From Felis catus (taxonomy: Eukaryota): a stretch of DNA of 64,000 nt. The position numbers were made by a program, and so were the translations under genes. The stretch spans positions 185,816,001 through 185,880,000 of the forward strand of contig NC_058368.1 of NCBI RefSeq assembly GCF_018350175.1, read 5' to 3'. Under the pieces are notes generated by a model that did no database searches, was not told the origin of the DNA, and saw only the letters and a program-made list of their open reading frames with translations. Below, one piece after another: positions 24,036-37,281 of the stretch (position 1 is the stretch's first letter; the number at the start of each line of letters is the position of its first letter).

Positions 24036-25808
24036 AAAAAATTGTTTATTAGATTAAGCTAGATGTTACTTCAGAATTGTTAAATAATTGTAATAATATC
24101 AATAATAGTAACTTTTTTATTAAATGTGCATTACATTTGATGAACAAAATTAGACTCTATACTGGTTTCTGAGAACACCCATATGTATTAAGTTGGTGAG
24201 ACCAGGAAACTAATAATAATAGCAACCATTTTTTCATTTATTTGCTTTTATTTTATAAATTGCCACACAGCAAAACTGACCGTTATTTTAACACGTGTAT
24301 GAAATAATGCAAATGCCACGAAAATCAGGATATAGAAAACTTCCATTACTCCCAAAATGTCCTTTGGCCATCTCTTTACACAAGCAACCCCATTCTTACT
24401 CATTGAAAATTACTTGATCTATCTTGATCACTATAGTTTTGTTATATCTGAGAATGTCATATAAATGGAAACATACAATATATATTTTTTGATACTGATT
24501 TATTTCACATTCTGTATAAACTTGAGATCTGCCCAAATTTCTGTGTGTATCAATAGTTCCTTTTTATTGCTGAGGATTATTCCATTGTATGCATGTACCA
24601 CAATATCTTTACCTTTTACTTGATCCACTTTTTGATGATTATAAAAGAGGAACTATGAAAATTTATGTAGGATGTTGAGTGAACATTAATTTTTATTTCT
24701 CTACGGTAAATACCTAGGAATGAGATTGCTAGATCATATGGTAAGTGTAATTTTAACTTAATAAGAAACTTTCAAACCATTTTGCAAATTTTCTGTACCA
24801 TTAAACATTCCTACCAGCAAAGTAAGAAAATTTCCAGTACTTTGTACCCTGCTAGGATTTGGTGTAGTCAATATTATTTTAGCCATTATAGTAGCTTTGT
24901 AGTGGAATCTAATAATGGTTTTAATTTGTATTATCCCAGTGGCTAATGATAGTCAACAACTTTTTATGTGTTCATTTGTCATTGTATTTTTAATTTGGTG
25001 ATGTGTCTGTTTAAGACTTAGGGCCATTTTTAAACTTTTTGTTTGTTTGTTTTTTACCCTTTCATGAAATATGTGTAGTGACATCGTAGTGGAGAACACT
25101 GTTAGAACAGTATGATAACTAGCTTCAAAAATGACTCCAGTGATCCCTATCATCTGATATTCACCACCTTGGGTGGTCACCTCTCATAGTATGCAGTGCA
25201 CATGAGCTTGTGTGAGCAACAGCCATAGTTTGCTGACCCTGGATCATCTTGATTTTTTCCATGTATTCTTGAAGATAAGTATGTTTTGCCTTTGTTGGAG
25301 TATTCTGGAAAGGTCAATTAAGTCCAATTGTTCCATGCTGTTTTACTCTTCTATATGCTTGCTAGTTTTATGTCTGCTAGTTCTATATACACTAAGATGT
25401 GAGTGTTGAAGTCTTCTTTATATATGTATTTGTACTTTTGTTTTTTTTGGTGGATTTTTGCTTCATATATTTCTGAGTTCTGTTAGCTGCAAACATGTTT
25501 AAGGATTTTTTTTTCTTCTTGGTGAATTAACCATCTTATAATCATATAATATCCTTCGTTATCCCTGCTAATTTTCTTTGCTCAGAAAATATCTTTTATC
25601 AATACAGCCATTCCAACTTTCTTTTGATTAGTATTTGTATGTTATATCTTTTCCCATCCTTTTACTTTTAACTCACTTACATAATATATGTGGAATGAGT
25701 TTCTTGTAAATAACATAGAGATCGATATTTTTAAATTCATGTGTCTTTTAATTGGTATGAATCAACAATCTGCATTTAATGAAATTATTGATACGTTAGA
25801 GTTTACAT

Positions 25809-26177
25809 TGTTGTGAATGGAACTGTGTCCTTGAAATTCATATTTTGAAGCCCTAGCCCCCAGTTTGACTGTATTTGAAGATAGGGCCTAGAAGGAGATA
25901 ATAAAGGTTAAGTGAGATCATAAAGGTGAGACTTTAATCTGATAGGGCTAGTGTCCTTAAAAGAAGAGGAAGGGGGTGTCTAGGTGGCTCAGTTGGTTAA
26001 GCATCTGACTCTTGATTTTGGCTCAGGTCATAACTCACAGTTCATGGGATCGAGCCCTCAACACAAATTGCGTTTGATGGCACTTTAGTCAAGTCTCCAT
26101 AAACTATGAGAAAATAGCTATTGTTAAGCTATTCAGTCTGTGTTATTTTGTTGTGGTAGCCTGAGCAGACTGATCCA
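25809..26177 (+). mobile_element. MLT1A-like LTR containing a partial SINE (25973-26060)
   Basis: 'tgttgtgaatggaactgtgtcc..aaattcatattttgaagccctag..gtatttgaagatagggcc' and end 'tattttgttgtggtagcctgagcagactgatcca'. Confidence 0.8.
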
Positions 26178-26515
26178 TGGGTTTTCCATTTTATTATTTG
26201 TTTTCTGTTTGTTTGTTTTTTTGCTTATTTTAAATCCCTTTGTTTTGTTTTTCTTTTGCATGTACTTTTTTGGGTTATTTAAGCAACTTATAGTATTCTA
26301 CTTAGATATATCTGTTGTGTTTTTAACTATATCTTTTTGTATGATTTTTTAAAGTGGTTGGTCTAGAGAATACAATATACACACTTAACTTCACAGCCTA
26401 TCTATAGAGTCAGCAGTTTACAAGTTTTGAATGTAGAAATTACCATATAGTTATTTTTGATATTCTTTTACTTCATAGTTTTCTTATGTATTACATCTAT
26501 GTACATCCAACCCAC

Positions 26516-27270
26516 TGTGCCCCACCCAAATTCTGACACCGACTGGTATACTGCAATTCAATTCTGACACTATAACCATCTGGATTTAGCATCAGACTCC
26601 ACAGATTTAAGGGCATGGTCACCAACAAGACTTTCCCATTCAGTTACCACCACTTCAGAATTCCCCAGGCTATCTATAATTCTCACTAGCTACAAATTCA
26701 GGAGTTCCCATGACCTCCTCAGGTTAAATAACTCACTAGAATGATTCACAAAACTCAGGAAAGTGCTTTACTTACAATTACACTTTTATTATAAAGGATA
26801 AAATCGGTACCACCCAAATGAAGGGTAAGGTCTGGGAGGATCCCAGGCATAGAGCTTCTGTGCCTTCACCCCAATGGAATCAAGGAAAGTCACCCTATAT
26901 GTTCACCAACCAGGAAGTTCCATTAAGCTTTAGTGTCCAGAGTTTTTATTGGTGTTTTATTACATGGGTGTGACAGATTGAATAATTGAACTGAACTCAG
27001 TCTGTAGCAACCTTTCCTTTCTTAGAGGCCAGAGCAGCTCAAGGTGCAACCCTCTAACCACATGGTTGGTTTTTCAGGCATTGTCACTCCAATCCTGAAA
27101 TATCTGGGGGCCTATCATGAGTCATCTCATTTTTCTAAACTATCAAGTATAATGCAATGAGGCTCATGAATGATAAGGGCATTCCTGTTACTCAGGAAAT
27201 TATAAGCATTTTAGGAGTTTCATGCCAGGAACCTGGGACAAAGACTAGGTGAATTCTTTATTATACAACA
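26516..27270 (-). mobile_element. MER21-group ERVL LTR
   Basis: 'caattcaattctgacact..gcatcagactccacagatttaagggc', 'ggttaaataactcactagaatgattcaca', and terminus 'ttctttattatacaaca'. Confidence 0.75.
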
Positions 27271-28072
27271 ATGATCTTTTGTTTCAACAATCAAATTATT
27301 GTACAAATATCAAGGGAAGAATAAACTAATATATTTACTCAAATGTTTACCATTTTTTTTTCCTTTTTGCATTCATGGTATTCCAAATTTTCTTTATTTC
27401 CTAGTACTATTTCTTTTATATCTTAAGGCTTTTTATGAGTTATGCTTTATATCAATTTCATTGCAAACAAATTATCTTAATTTTCCTTCATCTGAGATAT
27501 CTTTATGTGTAGAAGATATTTTTGCTGGGTATAGAATTTGAATTGATATTTTCTTTCATTAGTTTAAAAATGCTGTGCCACTTTCTTTTGATCTTTATTT
27601 TTCATGGAAGAAATCTGTTACTAAAATTGCTGTTCTATATATAATATGTGCCTTTTCTATCTTTAGGAATTGTTCTTTATCTTTGGTTATGTGCAGTTTG
27701 ATTGTGAAGTCTCCATGACTGTTATCTGTGGGTTTATCTTGTTTTGGATATCTGTGCTTCTTTGAATCTGTAGGTTTATATGTTTCACTGCTGCAGAGAG
27801 GTTTTCAGATATTTTTCAAAGATTATTTATAGTACCACACTCTTATGTCTTTCTGAGATTTGATAAAACAAATTTTAGATCACTTGTTATTGACCAATAG
27901 GTCCTTAATTTCTTTTAATTTTACATTTTTTCTCTTTGCACAGAGAATAATTGAACAATGTTGAGTAATTTGTATTGCTTTATATTCAAATATATTGACT
28001 CTTTCCACTGTCATCTCCATTTCTGACTGAATATTCAATGAGACTTTATTGAGCTTCCTAAAATTTCCACTT

Positions 28073-28287
28073 TTTTTAAAATTTTTTTTAACGTTTATTT
28101 ATTTTTGAGACAGAGACAGAGCATGAATGGGGGAGGGGCAGAGACAGAGGGAGACACAGAATCTGAAACAGGCTCCAGGCTCTGAGCTGTCAGCACAGAG
28201 CCTGACACGGGGCTTGAACTCACGAACCGTGAGATCATGACCTGAGCAGAAGTTGGATGCTTAACTGACTAAGCCACCCAAGCGCCC
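28073..28287 (-). mobile_element. Felid SINE
   Basis: 'aacgtttatttatttttgagacagagacagagcatgaatggggg...gccacccaagcgccc'. Confidence 0.93.
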
Positions 28288-28514
28288 GACCACTTGTTTT
28301 TTTATTCATATATATGATTTTTTTTCAGATTTTCTATTTTTTAAAATTTATTTCAATAGTGTTCACTATTGCTTACTGTGGTACTTTTATAATAACTGCT
28401 TTAAAATATTTGTCAAGGAATTCCAACATTTCTGATATATTATCATTTGTATCTGTTGGTTGTCTTTTCCTTGTGATTTGAAATTCTCCTAGTCCTTTTT
28501 ATGTCAAGTAAATT

Positions 28515-28722
28515 AAAAATTTTTTAATGTTTATTTATTTTTGAGAGAGACATAATGCAAGAGGGGGAGGGCAGAGAGAGAGAGGGAGACACAGAATCGG
28601 AAGCAGGCTCCAGGCTCTGAGCTGTCACACAGATCGAGATGCAGGACTCAAACTCAAAAACTGTGAGATCATGACCTGAGCCGAAGTCAGATGCACAACT
28701 GACTGAGCCACCCAGGCGCCCC
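28515..28722 (-). mobile_element. Felid SINE
   Basis: Full SINE. TSD tatgtcaagt(a/g)aatt at 28500-28514 and 28723-28737. Confidence 0.93.
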
Positions 28723-28982
28723 TATGTCAAGTGAATTTAGATTGAATATTAGATACTGGGAATATTTATCACACGAGACTGAGTCTTGACTAATCTCTAA
28801 AAATGCTGTATTTGTTTTAGCAGGCAGTAGATCAGTGTAGGTTCAACCAGTTTCCAGTCTGGTTCAAAACCATTATAGTACTATCCTGATCTGTTCCACA
28901 CATGCATCACCCAGTCACCAGTCTGAGACCTGGGTATGGGCCTGTTAATTTAGCTCTCAGTATATTTAGTATAAATGATTTC

Positions 28983-28984
<2 letters not shown>

Positions 28985-29030
<46 letters not shown>
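28985..29030. repeat. (AT)23 microsatellite
   Basis: Read directly from the sequence. Confidence 0.95.
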
Positions 29031-29033
<3 letters not shown>

Positions 29034-29749
29034 TATGCATTTACAGCTTGGGGTGGGCCTATGAGTTAATAAAAACCCCTCTTGGACTACTTTCCCAAGT
29101 TCCTGCCTCTTTTCAGCTGCCCTATTAATTTCTGTTTCCCAGGGACTCCTGTTTTTGTTTCTATAACCAGAAGTCTGAGGTTCTATTTAACTTGTTCTTT
29201 TGTGTACCTCACCAACTGATCCTATGTCTGGGGTGAAGGAGCAAAAAAGAGAGAGAGAGAGAGAATAAAAACAACAAAAGATAGACCCCATATTCTTGGA
29301 ATTATAGTTCCACTGATCCAAGAGGAAGATTCCTCTCACTTAGAGTTCTAGTTGGTATGGGCTCCTATTGTCTATAGTTGTCACCCATACCATGTAATTT
29401 TTTGAAGGCTGAGAGAAAAACAAGGGGTGTGTTTCCACAATCTTTCTGAGTGCTAATGACTTCCTTTTCCACTGTTGAAACTAGAAGATTTTAACTGTGC
29501 CTTGGTGCCCACTTTTGCATTGAGTTCAAGTTGGGGATACCAATTGGAAAAAGAAAATGTAAACTCATAGACAAATCAGTAATATCTCAGATGTTGATTT
29601 TCCTCCCAATCTTTGGGCTACTCTTTATTTTCAGAGCTGTTAAATAGCTCTTCTATGCATTCTATTCAGGTTTTATAGCTGTATTTAGTGGAAAAAACAA
29701 GGATGGAGTGTTTATTTCATCTTATTCAGAGGCAGAGCCTGGACTCATT

Positions 29750-29945
29750 GATAACAAGTATTTATAGAGAAGACTTCATGTGACAGGCCTTATGATAAGT
29801 GATTTATATAGATGATGTCTTTAATTCTGACAGCAAGCCACTGAGGTCGTTTCAACTTTACAGATGATGAAACTATGCATTTGAGTCACACTGCTACTTA
29901 GAGCTCTGTGGTCAGACTTGAGGCTATGAGTTATAGAGCGTAAAG
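29750..29945 (-). mobile_element. MIR
   Basis: 'tttaattctgacagcaagccactgaggt..ctttacagatgatgaaact..gtcacactgcta'. Confidence 0.6.
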
Positions 29946-31165
29946 CATTTTCCTGGAATAACCTCATCTGGAGTAATAACCCAAATTGAGAATGGGATTC
30001 TGGATATTAAGAGATTTGTATGAAAGTTCTGCAAAACTCAAATTGCATAAAGAATGCTGAAGACTAATTTGCCTCTCATTATTATTTTTTTGGCTGGGGG
30101 ATAGGCTTTAGTCCTACTATCAAAGTCTTTCCAAAATCGGAACTATGATTTCCTGAGAAAATGTGCTTGATAACTTCTTAAAGCTCTAGAAGTCTAAGGG
30201 CAAAAGAAATCTTCAACAAAAATTTCTGAAGTAAAGAGAGTATTAAGATGGAGAAAAGCAATGAAAGACTTCCATGATAGCTCTCTACCTTCGCTCACTG
30301 GTAGCTTAGCTTTTTGTAATAGTTACATATTTAAGGCTAAAGAAATGTTATTAGCATTTTAGTAGCCCCGGGATCTTGATATACATACACAATATGTAAA
30401 AGCTGATAAAAACTTTGTATTGAATTGATAAAAACTTGTCTGGAATTTTAAAAAAAAATATCTCAGATTTCCTCAAGGAAATCTTTTGCTGTGCAAATGC
30501 CTGAGGGAGGTCTGAGAAATGAATGGTTAACATAATCTGAAAGACACTTAAAAGATAAATACATTTTCAGATAATGCGATCTTGATTTGTGACCTCATTA
30601 TGTCTATCGTCATTTGACTTCATGAAACATGCAGTTTTGTATACTGCTCTGGACTATTATTTGTTTCGCACATTTCTGGATTTTTGTTTTCTTTTTAAGC
30701 GAATAAACCTGCAAATACCAACAGCAACCTGAAATTGAAACAAAACAAAAAATTGACTAGACTCAGAAGCTCTGTGGAAGGAATCAGTTAAAAAACAAGT
30801 TTGCTCCCCACTTCTAAACTCTTCCATTGGACTGCAGAATTAGGTGTGACTATATTTCGAGCCCACTTGTTTATTTAACTTGTTAACTCTGCAGTGTTGT
30901 CAGAAGTAAGGTGTAGTCCTATGATGGAGACCATGGGCATACATCAAAAACTAATTCCTTCAGACTATTGGGAAATAGATACATCTCCTAAGTTAAAGCT
31001 TGCCAAAACAAGATCATCTGACATTGGAGCTCGTGGGGAAGGAGTGATAGAAAGATTGCTGTATTCATAAATAACATCCATGATTTCTAACTCAGAGATG
31101 ACTTATATATTCCAATGCATTCAGCTTTGTTATATTTGCTAACACATTTTTAATTGAATGGCAAT

Positions 31166-31494
31166 TGTATTATTTTGGTAGGGCTGCCATAACAAAGTAC
31201 TACAGCAAATGGCTTAAACAACAGAAATTTATTTTCTCTTAATTCCAAAGGCTGATGCCTCTCTCCTTGGCCATTCTTTATGATTGTCTTCTCCCAATAT
31301 CTTCACATGGTCTTCCTTGTATGACTATCTGTATCCTAATGTCATTTTCTTATAAGGGCACCAGTTACATTGGATTAAAGCCATTTCAACTTACCTCTTT
31401 AAACACTTCATCTCCAAATACAATCATACTCTGAGGTACTGGGGAGTTGACTTCAACATATTAATTTGAGGAGACCACAATTCAGACTATAACA
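31166..31494 (-). mobile_element. MLT1B/C-like LTR
   Basis: 'tgtattattttggtagggctgccataacaaagtac..ggcttaaacaacagaaatttatt..acaattcagactataaca'. Confidence 0.85.
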
Positions 31495-34459
31495 TAGATA
31501 ATTATCTTTCATATATTATCATATATACTCATGTGTATGTGTGTATGTGTCTACACACACATGCACACACATATGATTCAATGTGTGTGTTTAAATAGAG
31601 AGTGGAAAAAATAGGAAATTCTTTTAAGTTAGGGGATCTGGTTACATATGACTTGTATTTACAGAAGATAACAATTGATTAGATAACTTTTGCTTTTATT
31701 GTAGCAAACTTTGCTTACAAACTATGACATTTAGAAAGGCAAGCAGGGAAGCTGTGACCCTCTTGTACCTAAGGACATACGCTCATGTGTGAGCACAGTG
31801 CCTACCCAGATCACTTCAGTTATTTGGGTTACCTGACTGGCCTTTAGGCATTTGAGTTTAGAACAAATGTCCTGACCACTTACAGACCCTGTCATGTTAA
31901 CTGGACTGATTTCAGACCTTCTCTTCCTGGAGGGAAGGAATGGTGTTTTGATTTATTGTTTAACACAAATTCTGAAGATGTGGCTTGCTTAAAGTTTATA
32001 GCTAAGCATCAAGTAAAAAGAATTCAGGATCCTTGATGTTTGCTTGGTTAGTGGGATTTCCTTGTAAATACATTTTCAAACATAGATTGGATCTATGTTT
32101 GATACAGTTGTATCAATTCAGTTCAATTAAAACTGTGTCTATATAAAAAATGTTGAAAAGTGAAATTTTTAGCCATATTTCTGTGGTTTTATAACTTACA
32201 TTATGCCATGAAATTATCTATTTTATTTGTTTTCATAAATTTATTAGGGTTATATGCATAATTAGCTATCTTTTTTAGAAGGAAATGAAAAATGCCAGTA
32301 AAATCTCTGTGTGTGTTACATAATTTTGAAAAAAGCTATTTAGATGATTGAAATTTTTTTACTCTTCCCTGGGTTGGCACTGTGGGATAAATATGACCAC
32401 AGACATTTACACAGTATATGTTCTATGAAAGTTGGAAATTGGAGAGTGTGCTGACAGATTATAAACAGGAACAGATTATCATCAAACAAAGGATCTACCC
32501 GAGTTCTAACTCATGCCAACACTCAAGTAAATCATAGTAAATGAACTTCATTATAATCTCACAAAATATTTATTATGTGCCTAATTTCATGGAATTTTAG
32601 GTTTGATCTGCCTTGAATGAATTTCATACAGACAGATTTTATTCTTCAAGGAATTTACATACCAGGATACATTATGCTAAGTTTCTTCATGTGGAAAACC
32701 AATTGTGCATTTTAAACCCTCAAATGATGCATACACAGCCGAGGTGCACTCAGAGTTGATGAAAAATGAATATACTAACTCAGATATTTTCCTTTGTATC
32801 TGCCATTTTTCTCATTTTAAGCTATTATTACTATTACTCTTATTACCTTCTGGTAATTCCCTTTCAGATGGCCATCCCCCCTTTTATTCAACACCTGTAC
32901 ACCTACATGTTTCTAAGTGTATAAGGTTTGCATTTTGACAGAATTACCTGGGAATAAATCCATTGGAAATTCTATTTATCCTGAGCCATGGTTTGAATTT
33001 TGCTAGCATCCACTCCTACTCTTGTTTCTTAATTTTCTCATCCTGGTCACTGAGATTTGCCTTAGCAAACTGTGTGATGTAGTGAGACAGGCAACAAAGT
33101 CAAGCCTTTGGTTCTGTGTTCCACTTGTCAATTCCTGCAGTTACGTTGTGACTCAGGGACAGCCACTTCCAAAAGACCTGAGAAGTGTTCCAAAAATGCC
33201 ATGTTAATTCTGCAGTGACCTATGTTGTTCATCTTACTTGAAGGTTCACCTGATTTAAAACTTAACATGACTTTGGGATATAGGGATAATTACTAGGGCC
33301 TCAGTCACCTTCATCATATGCCTGTACATCTTGGGAAACTGAAAGTTAGCTAGTGTTTTGTTTCTGTATCGTGCTGCTGAGCAGGGAGCTGTTAGCCCAA
33401 CCACACTCCAGTGGCTGACTGAAGCGCAGGACAAGCAGATTTTTAAGAGATGATAGTGGGAGATAGGGTAAAGAGTAAGAACCAGCTCTTGCTTAAGAGA
33501 AAATATTTCTTAATGATCCTGACATGAGCCCAGAGGCTCTGGCAGACAACAGAAGTGTGACCTTTGTGATTTGGTAGGCAGGCTGTCACCTGTCTTGGCA
33601 TACTCTGGAGAGATTCCCTGGAGAAGTGCAAACACCAAACTTCCCTTGCACAACTGTCTGGAAACGTAAGCCTTCACCATTGACTTTCTGCTGGGTGGTC
33701 ACCCCATTTTATTTTTGCTGATTAATTAACAACCAACTTAATTTCCAGCTTGCTGTCCCTAAATTTCCTTACAGTCTATACTGTTTGATTTCTCACTAGT
33801 TCCAACCCCAGCTGATTGTTTTTCTCCCTAATCCCTGCATTTTTTGTGTGTGTGTGAAACTGGTGGTTTAAAATGAAAGGTGATCTTGCAGAGAAAAGAC
33901 AAACTTCTTTATAGTCTCAGCAGCACCTCCAGTCAGCTCTTCATTTCTGATTCAAGGTGACTGCTTTTTGTGTTACATTTCTTATCTTAACATTCTGTTT
34001 CAGGAGCTGCCAGAACATTCATTTTGTTTTCAAAATGAATGCAAAAATCCCCAAAGCCTCTACAAGACCACTGAGGCTTACTAATTAGATTCATTAAATA
34101 GTACTCAACAGCAAAGGGAATTTGTCTCTTATTCTGTTTTCTTTTTTCTGCCAAGACTACCTCCCTACATTTTTTTTTATTAAATAATATGCTGTGTTTA
34201 ATGGTCCCTTTTGCTAAAAACATTGAGTTGCAAAGTGTTGCTCTGTTTGACTTCGCATCAGTGCAACTTGGTGTGTTTTCCTTCCTATGGCTGCATCTGG
34301 TGTGCTGGTATTCAAGGGATTATAAAAAAGTAAAAAATATGATTGGCATGATGTCTAATTTTGGAGCTGTGAATGTGTTAGAAGAAATAGCATAGAAAAC
34401 CTTTTTGAGGATTCTTCTCCTTTTAAACATGAGAAAAAAATCTCTTACTATACTGGCTT

Positions 34460-34988
34460 TAAAAAATTCACACAAAGTCAAATTCACTTTTTTATTATAA
34501 ATTTCTGAATTTTAATACACCTGTAAACTTTCTGAATGACCAACACAACCAGGATAGAGAATAGTTGCAATACTCCCAAAGAATTCCCTTGTGTTGCTCC
34601 TTGACCATCAAAACCTTCTCCAACCCTAAGTCTGGTAACCAGTGACCTTTTTTTCCATTGGGGTTGTTTTGCCTTTCCCAAATTGTCTATAAATGAGATC
34701 ATTCACAATGTAAACTTTGCGAGAGGCTTCCTTTAACTGATAGAATGTCTTTGGAATTTTTTCATGTTATTGTATATATCAATTGTTAACTTCTTTTATT
34801 TCTGAGGAGTCTTGTGTCATATGTTTGTACCAGAGTCGGTTTATCCATTCTTTCCTTGAAGGTCATTTGAGTTGTTTTCAGTCTTTTGGTAATTACGACT
34901 CTACTGTCATAAATATCCATGTACAGGTATTGTAAGATTGTGATGGGTTTTATGGTAAGTGCAAATTTAGCTTCATAAGAAATGATCA
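34460..34988 (-). mobile_element. Old L1M 3' UTR fragment
   Basis: 'accaggatagagaatagtt..actcccaaagaattcccttgtg', 'gtttatccattc..gaaggtcatttgagttgttttcag'. Confidence 0.7.
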
Positions 34989-35465
34989 GGCTTCTGCTTT
35001 CTGGTGTAGCATGTAAGGAGCTTAGAAACTACCACTGTCCTAACAAGCAAAAAGCAGAATATACTGAAAAATCAACAACTCACCTTATATTCATTTTAGA
35101 AGTGAGGTCACAGAGAAAACTGCTGCTCCAAAATTAGACAGATAGGTAGATACAGAGAATAGCAGATCACTGGAATTGAAAGCTTCATGGGAATGAAGGC
35201 TGGGGAGGAAACAAAAATTCTAAACTATAACTGAAGAATTTCTGGAGGTTCACTGTGGGCAAGTCAGAATTTAAAACTCCAGGGAATCTGACTTTAGAGG
35301 GACCCCCCAAGTTTTTATGAGAACCCTAAGTTCTCATGGGGAATATTAGAGAAAAACCCCCTTGTACGTTTACGCTTCCTGAAGGGATAGGAGAAATCTA
35401 ACCATTTCGAAATATGCCAGAGCATTCTGTTCTTGACAAGGCCTGCCTTCTAGAAAAACTAGTTA
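34989..35465 (+). mobile_element. Old L1M 5' UTR fragment in the opposite orientation
   Basis: 'ggcttctgctttctggt..ctaacaagcaaaaagc..actgaaaaatcaacaact..agaagtgaggtcacag' resembles an L1M 5' end. Confidence 0.5.
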
Positions 35466-35667
35466 ACTGCCTTCCCTGTTTTTATCTTATTTTTCCTTCC
35501 CTGCCCTTATGTTCATCTATTTGGTTTTTTAAGTTCCACATGTGAGTGAAATCATATGATATTCGTCTTTCTCTGACTTATTTTGCTTAGAATAATACAC
35601 TCTAGTTCCATTCACCTTGTTGCAAATGGCAAGAATTCATTCTTTTTAATCACCAAGTAATATTCCG

Positions 35668-35670
<3 letters not shown>

Positions 35671-35708
<38 letters not shown>
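35671..35708. repeat. (TG)19 microsatellite inside L1
   Basis: Read directly from the sequence. Confidence 0.95.
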
Positions 35709-35712
<4 letters not shown>

Positions 35713-36382
35713 CACATACCACATCTTCTTTATCCATTCATCATTCAATGGACATTTGGGCTCTTTTCACAATTTGGCTATTGCTGATAGCGCTGCTATA
35801 AACATTGGAGTCCTTTCGAATCAGTATTTTTGTGTGCTTTGGATAAATACCTAGCAGTACAATTGCTGGATCATTGGGTAGTTCTATTTTTAATTTTTTG
35901 AGAAATTCCTATACTATTCGTCAGAGTGGCTGAGCCAGTTTGCATTCCCACCAATAGTGCAAAAGTTTCCCCCTTTCTCCGCATCCTTGCCAACATCTGT
36001 TGTTTCCTGGGTTGTTAATTTTAGCTATTCTGACAAGTGTGAAGTGGTATCTCATTATGGTGTTGATTTGTATTTTTCTCATGATAAGTGATTTTGAGCA
36101 TCTTTTCATGTGTCTGTGCGCCATTTGGATGTCTTCTTTGGAAAAGCGTCTATTCATATCTTCCCATTTCTTCATTGGATTATTTGTTTTTGGGGTGTTG
36201 AGTTTGGTTAAGTTCTGTATACATTTTGGGTACTAACCCTTTATCTGACGGCATCTGCAAATATCTTCTCCCATTCTGCAGGCTGCTTCTTAGTTGTATT
36301 GATTGTTTCCTTCACTGTGCAGAAGTTTTTTGTTTTTGTTTTTGTTTTATCTTGATAAGGCTCCCAAAGTTTATTTTTGCTT

Positions 36383-37281
36383 TTATTTCCCTTGCCTCCA
36401 GAGACATGTCAAGAAGTTGCTGTGACTGAGGTCAAAGAGGTTGTTGCCTTTTTTCTCCTCTAGGATTTTGATGGCTTCCTGTTTCACATTTAGGTCTTGC
36501 ATCCATTTTGAATTTATTTTTGTGTATGGTATAAAAAAGTGGTCCAGTTTCATTCCTCTACATGTTGCTGTCCAGTTTTCCCAGCACCATTTACTAAAGA
36601 GACTCTTTTTTCCATTGGATACTTTTTTTCTGTTTTGTCTAAGAGAAGTTGGCCATATGTTTGTGGGTCCACTTCTGAGTTCTCTATTCTGTTCCATTGA
36701 TCTATGTATCTTTTTTTTGTGCCAGTACCATACTGTCTTGATGATTACAGCTTTGTAATACAGCCTGAAGTCCAGAATTGTGATGCCTCCAGCTTTGGTT
36801 TTGTTTTTCAACAGTACTTTAACTACTCTGAATTTTTTCTGGTTCCATACAAATTTTAGGATTGTTAGTTCTAGTCCTGTAAAGAATGCTGGTTTTATTT
36901 TGATAGGGAGTGCATTGAATATGTAGATTGCTCTGGGTAGTATCAACATTTTGACAATATTTGTTCTTCTAATCTATAAGCATAGAATGTTTTTCCATTT
37001 CTTTGTGTCTTCTTCAATATCTTCCATAGTTTGCCGTAGTTTTCAGTGTATAGATCTTTTACCTCTTTGGTTAGGTTTCTTCCTAGGCATCTTATTGTTT
37101 TTGACGCAATTGTAAATGTGATTGATTCTTTGATTTCTCTTTCTGCTGCTTCATTATTGGCGTATAGAAATGCAACTGATTTCTGTATGTTGATTTTATG
37201 TCCTGCAACATTATTGAAGTCATATATCAGTTCTAGGAGTTTTTTGGTAGAGTCTTTCAGGTTTTCCATGTAGAGTATCAT
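36383..37281 (-). pseudogene. L1 ORF2 remnant (post-RT region), frameshifted
   Basis: Two overlapping ORF-track frames give L1 ORF2 peptides, with a frameshift between them. Confidence 0.9.

Larger units (their letters stand above)
24250..29740 (-). mobile_element. Old mammalian L1M (3' UTR, deleted ORF2, ORF1, 5' region) with nested insertions
   Basis: 3' UTR motifs 'gaatgtcatataaatggaa' and 'ggtaaatacctaggaatgagattgctagatcatatggtaagtg'. T-rich antisense ORF2/ORF1 sequence at 25240-28800. Confidence 0.7.

Noticed and set aside
36383..37281. Longest ORFs as functional CDS
   Set aside because: These are frameshifted fragments of L1 ORF2 in an inverted, truncated element that cannot be retrotransposition-competent.
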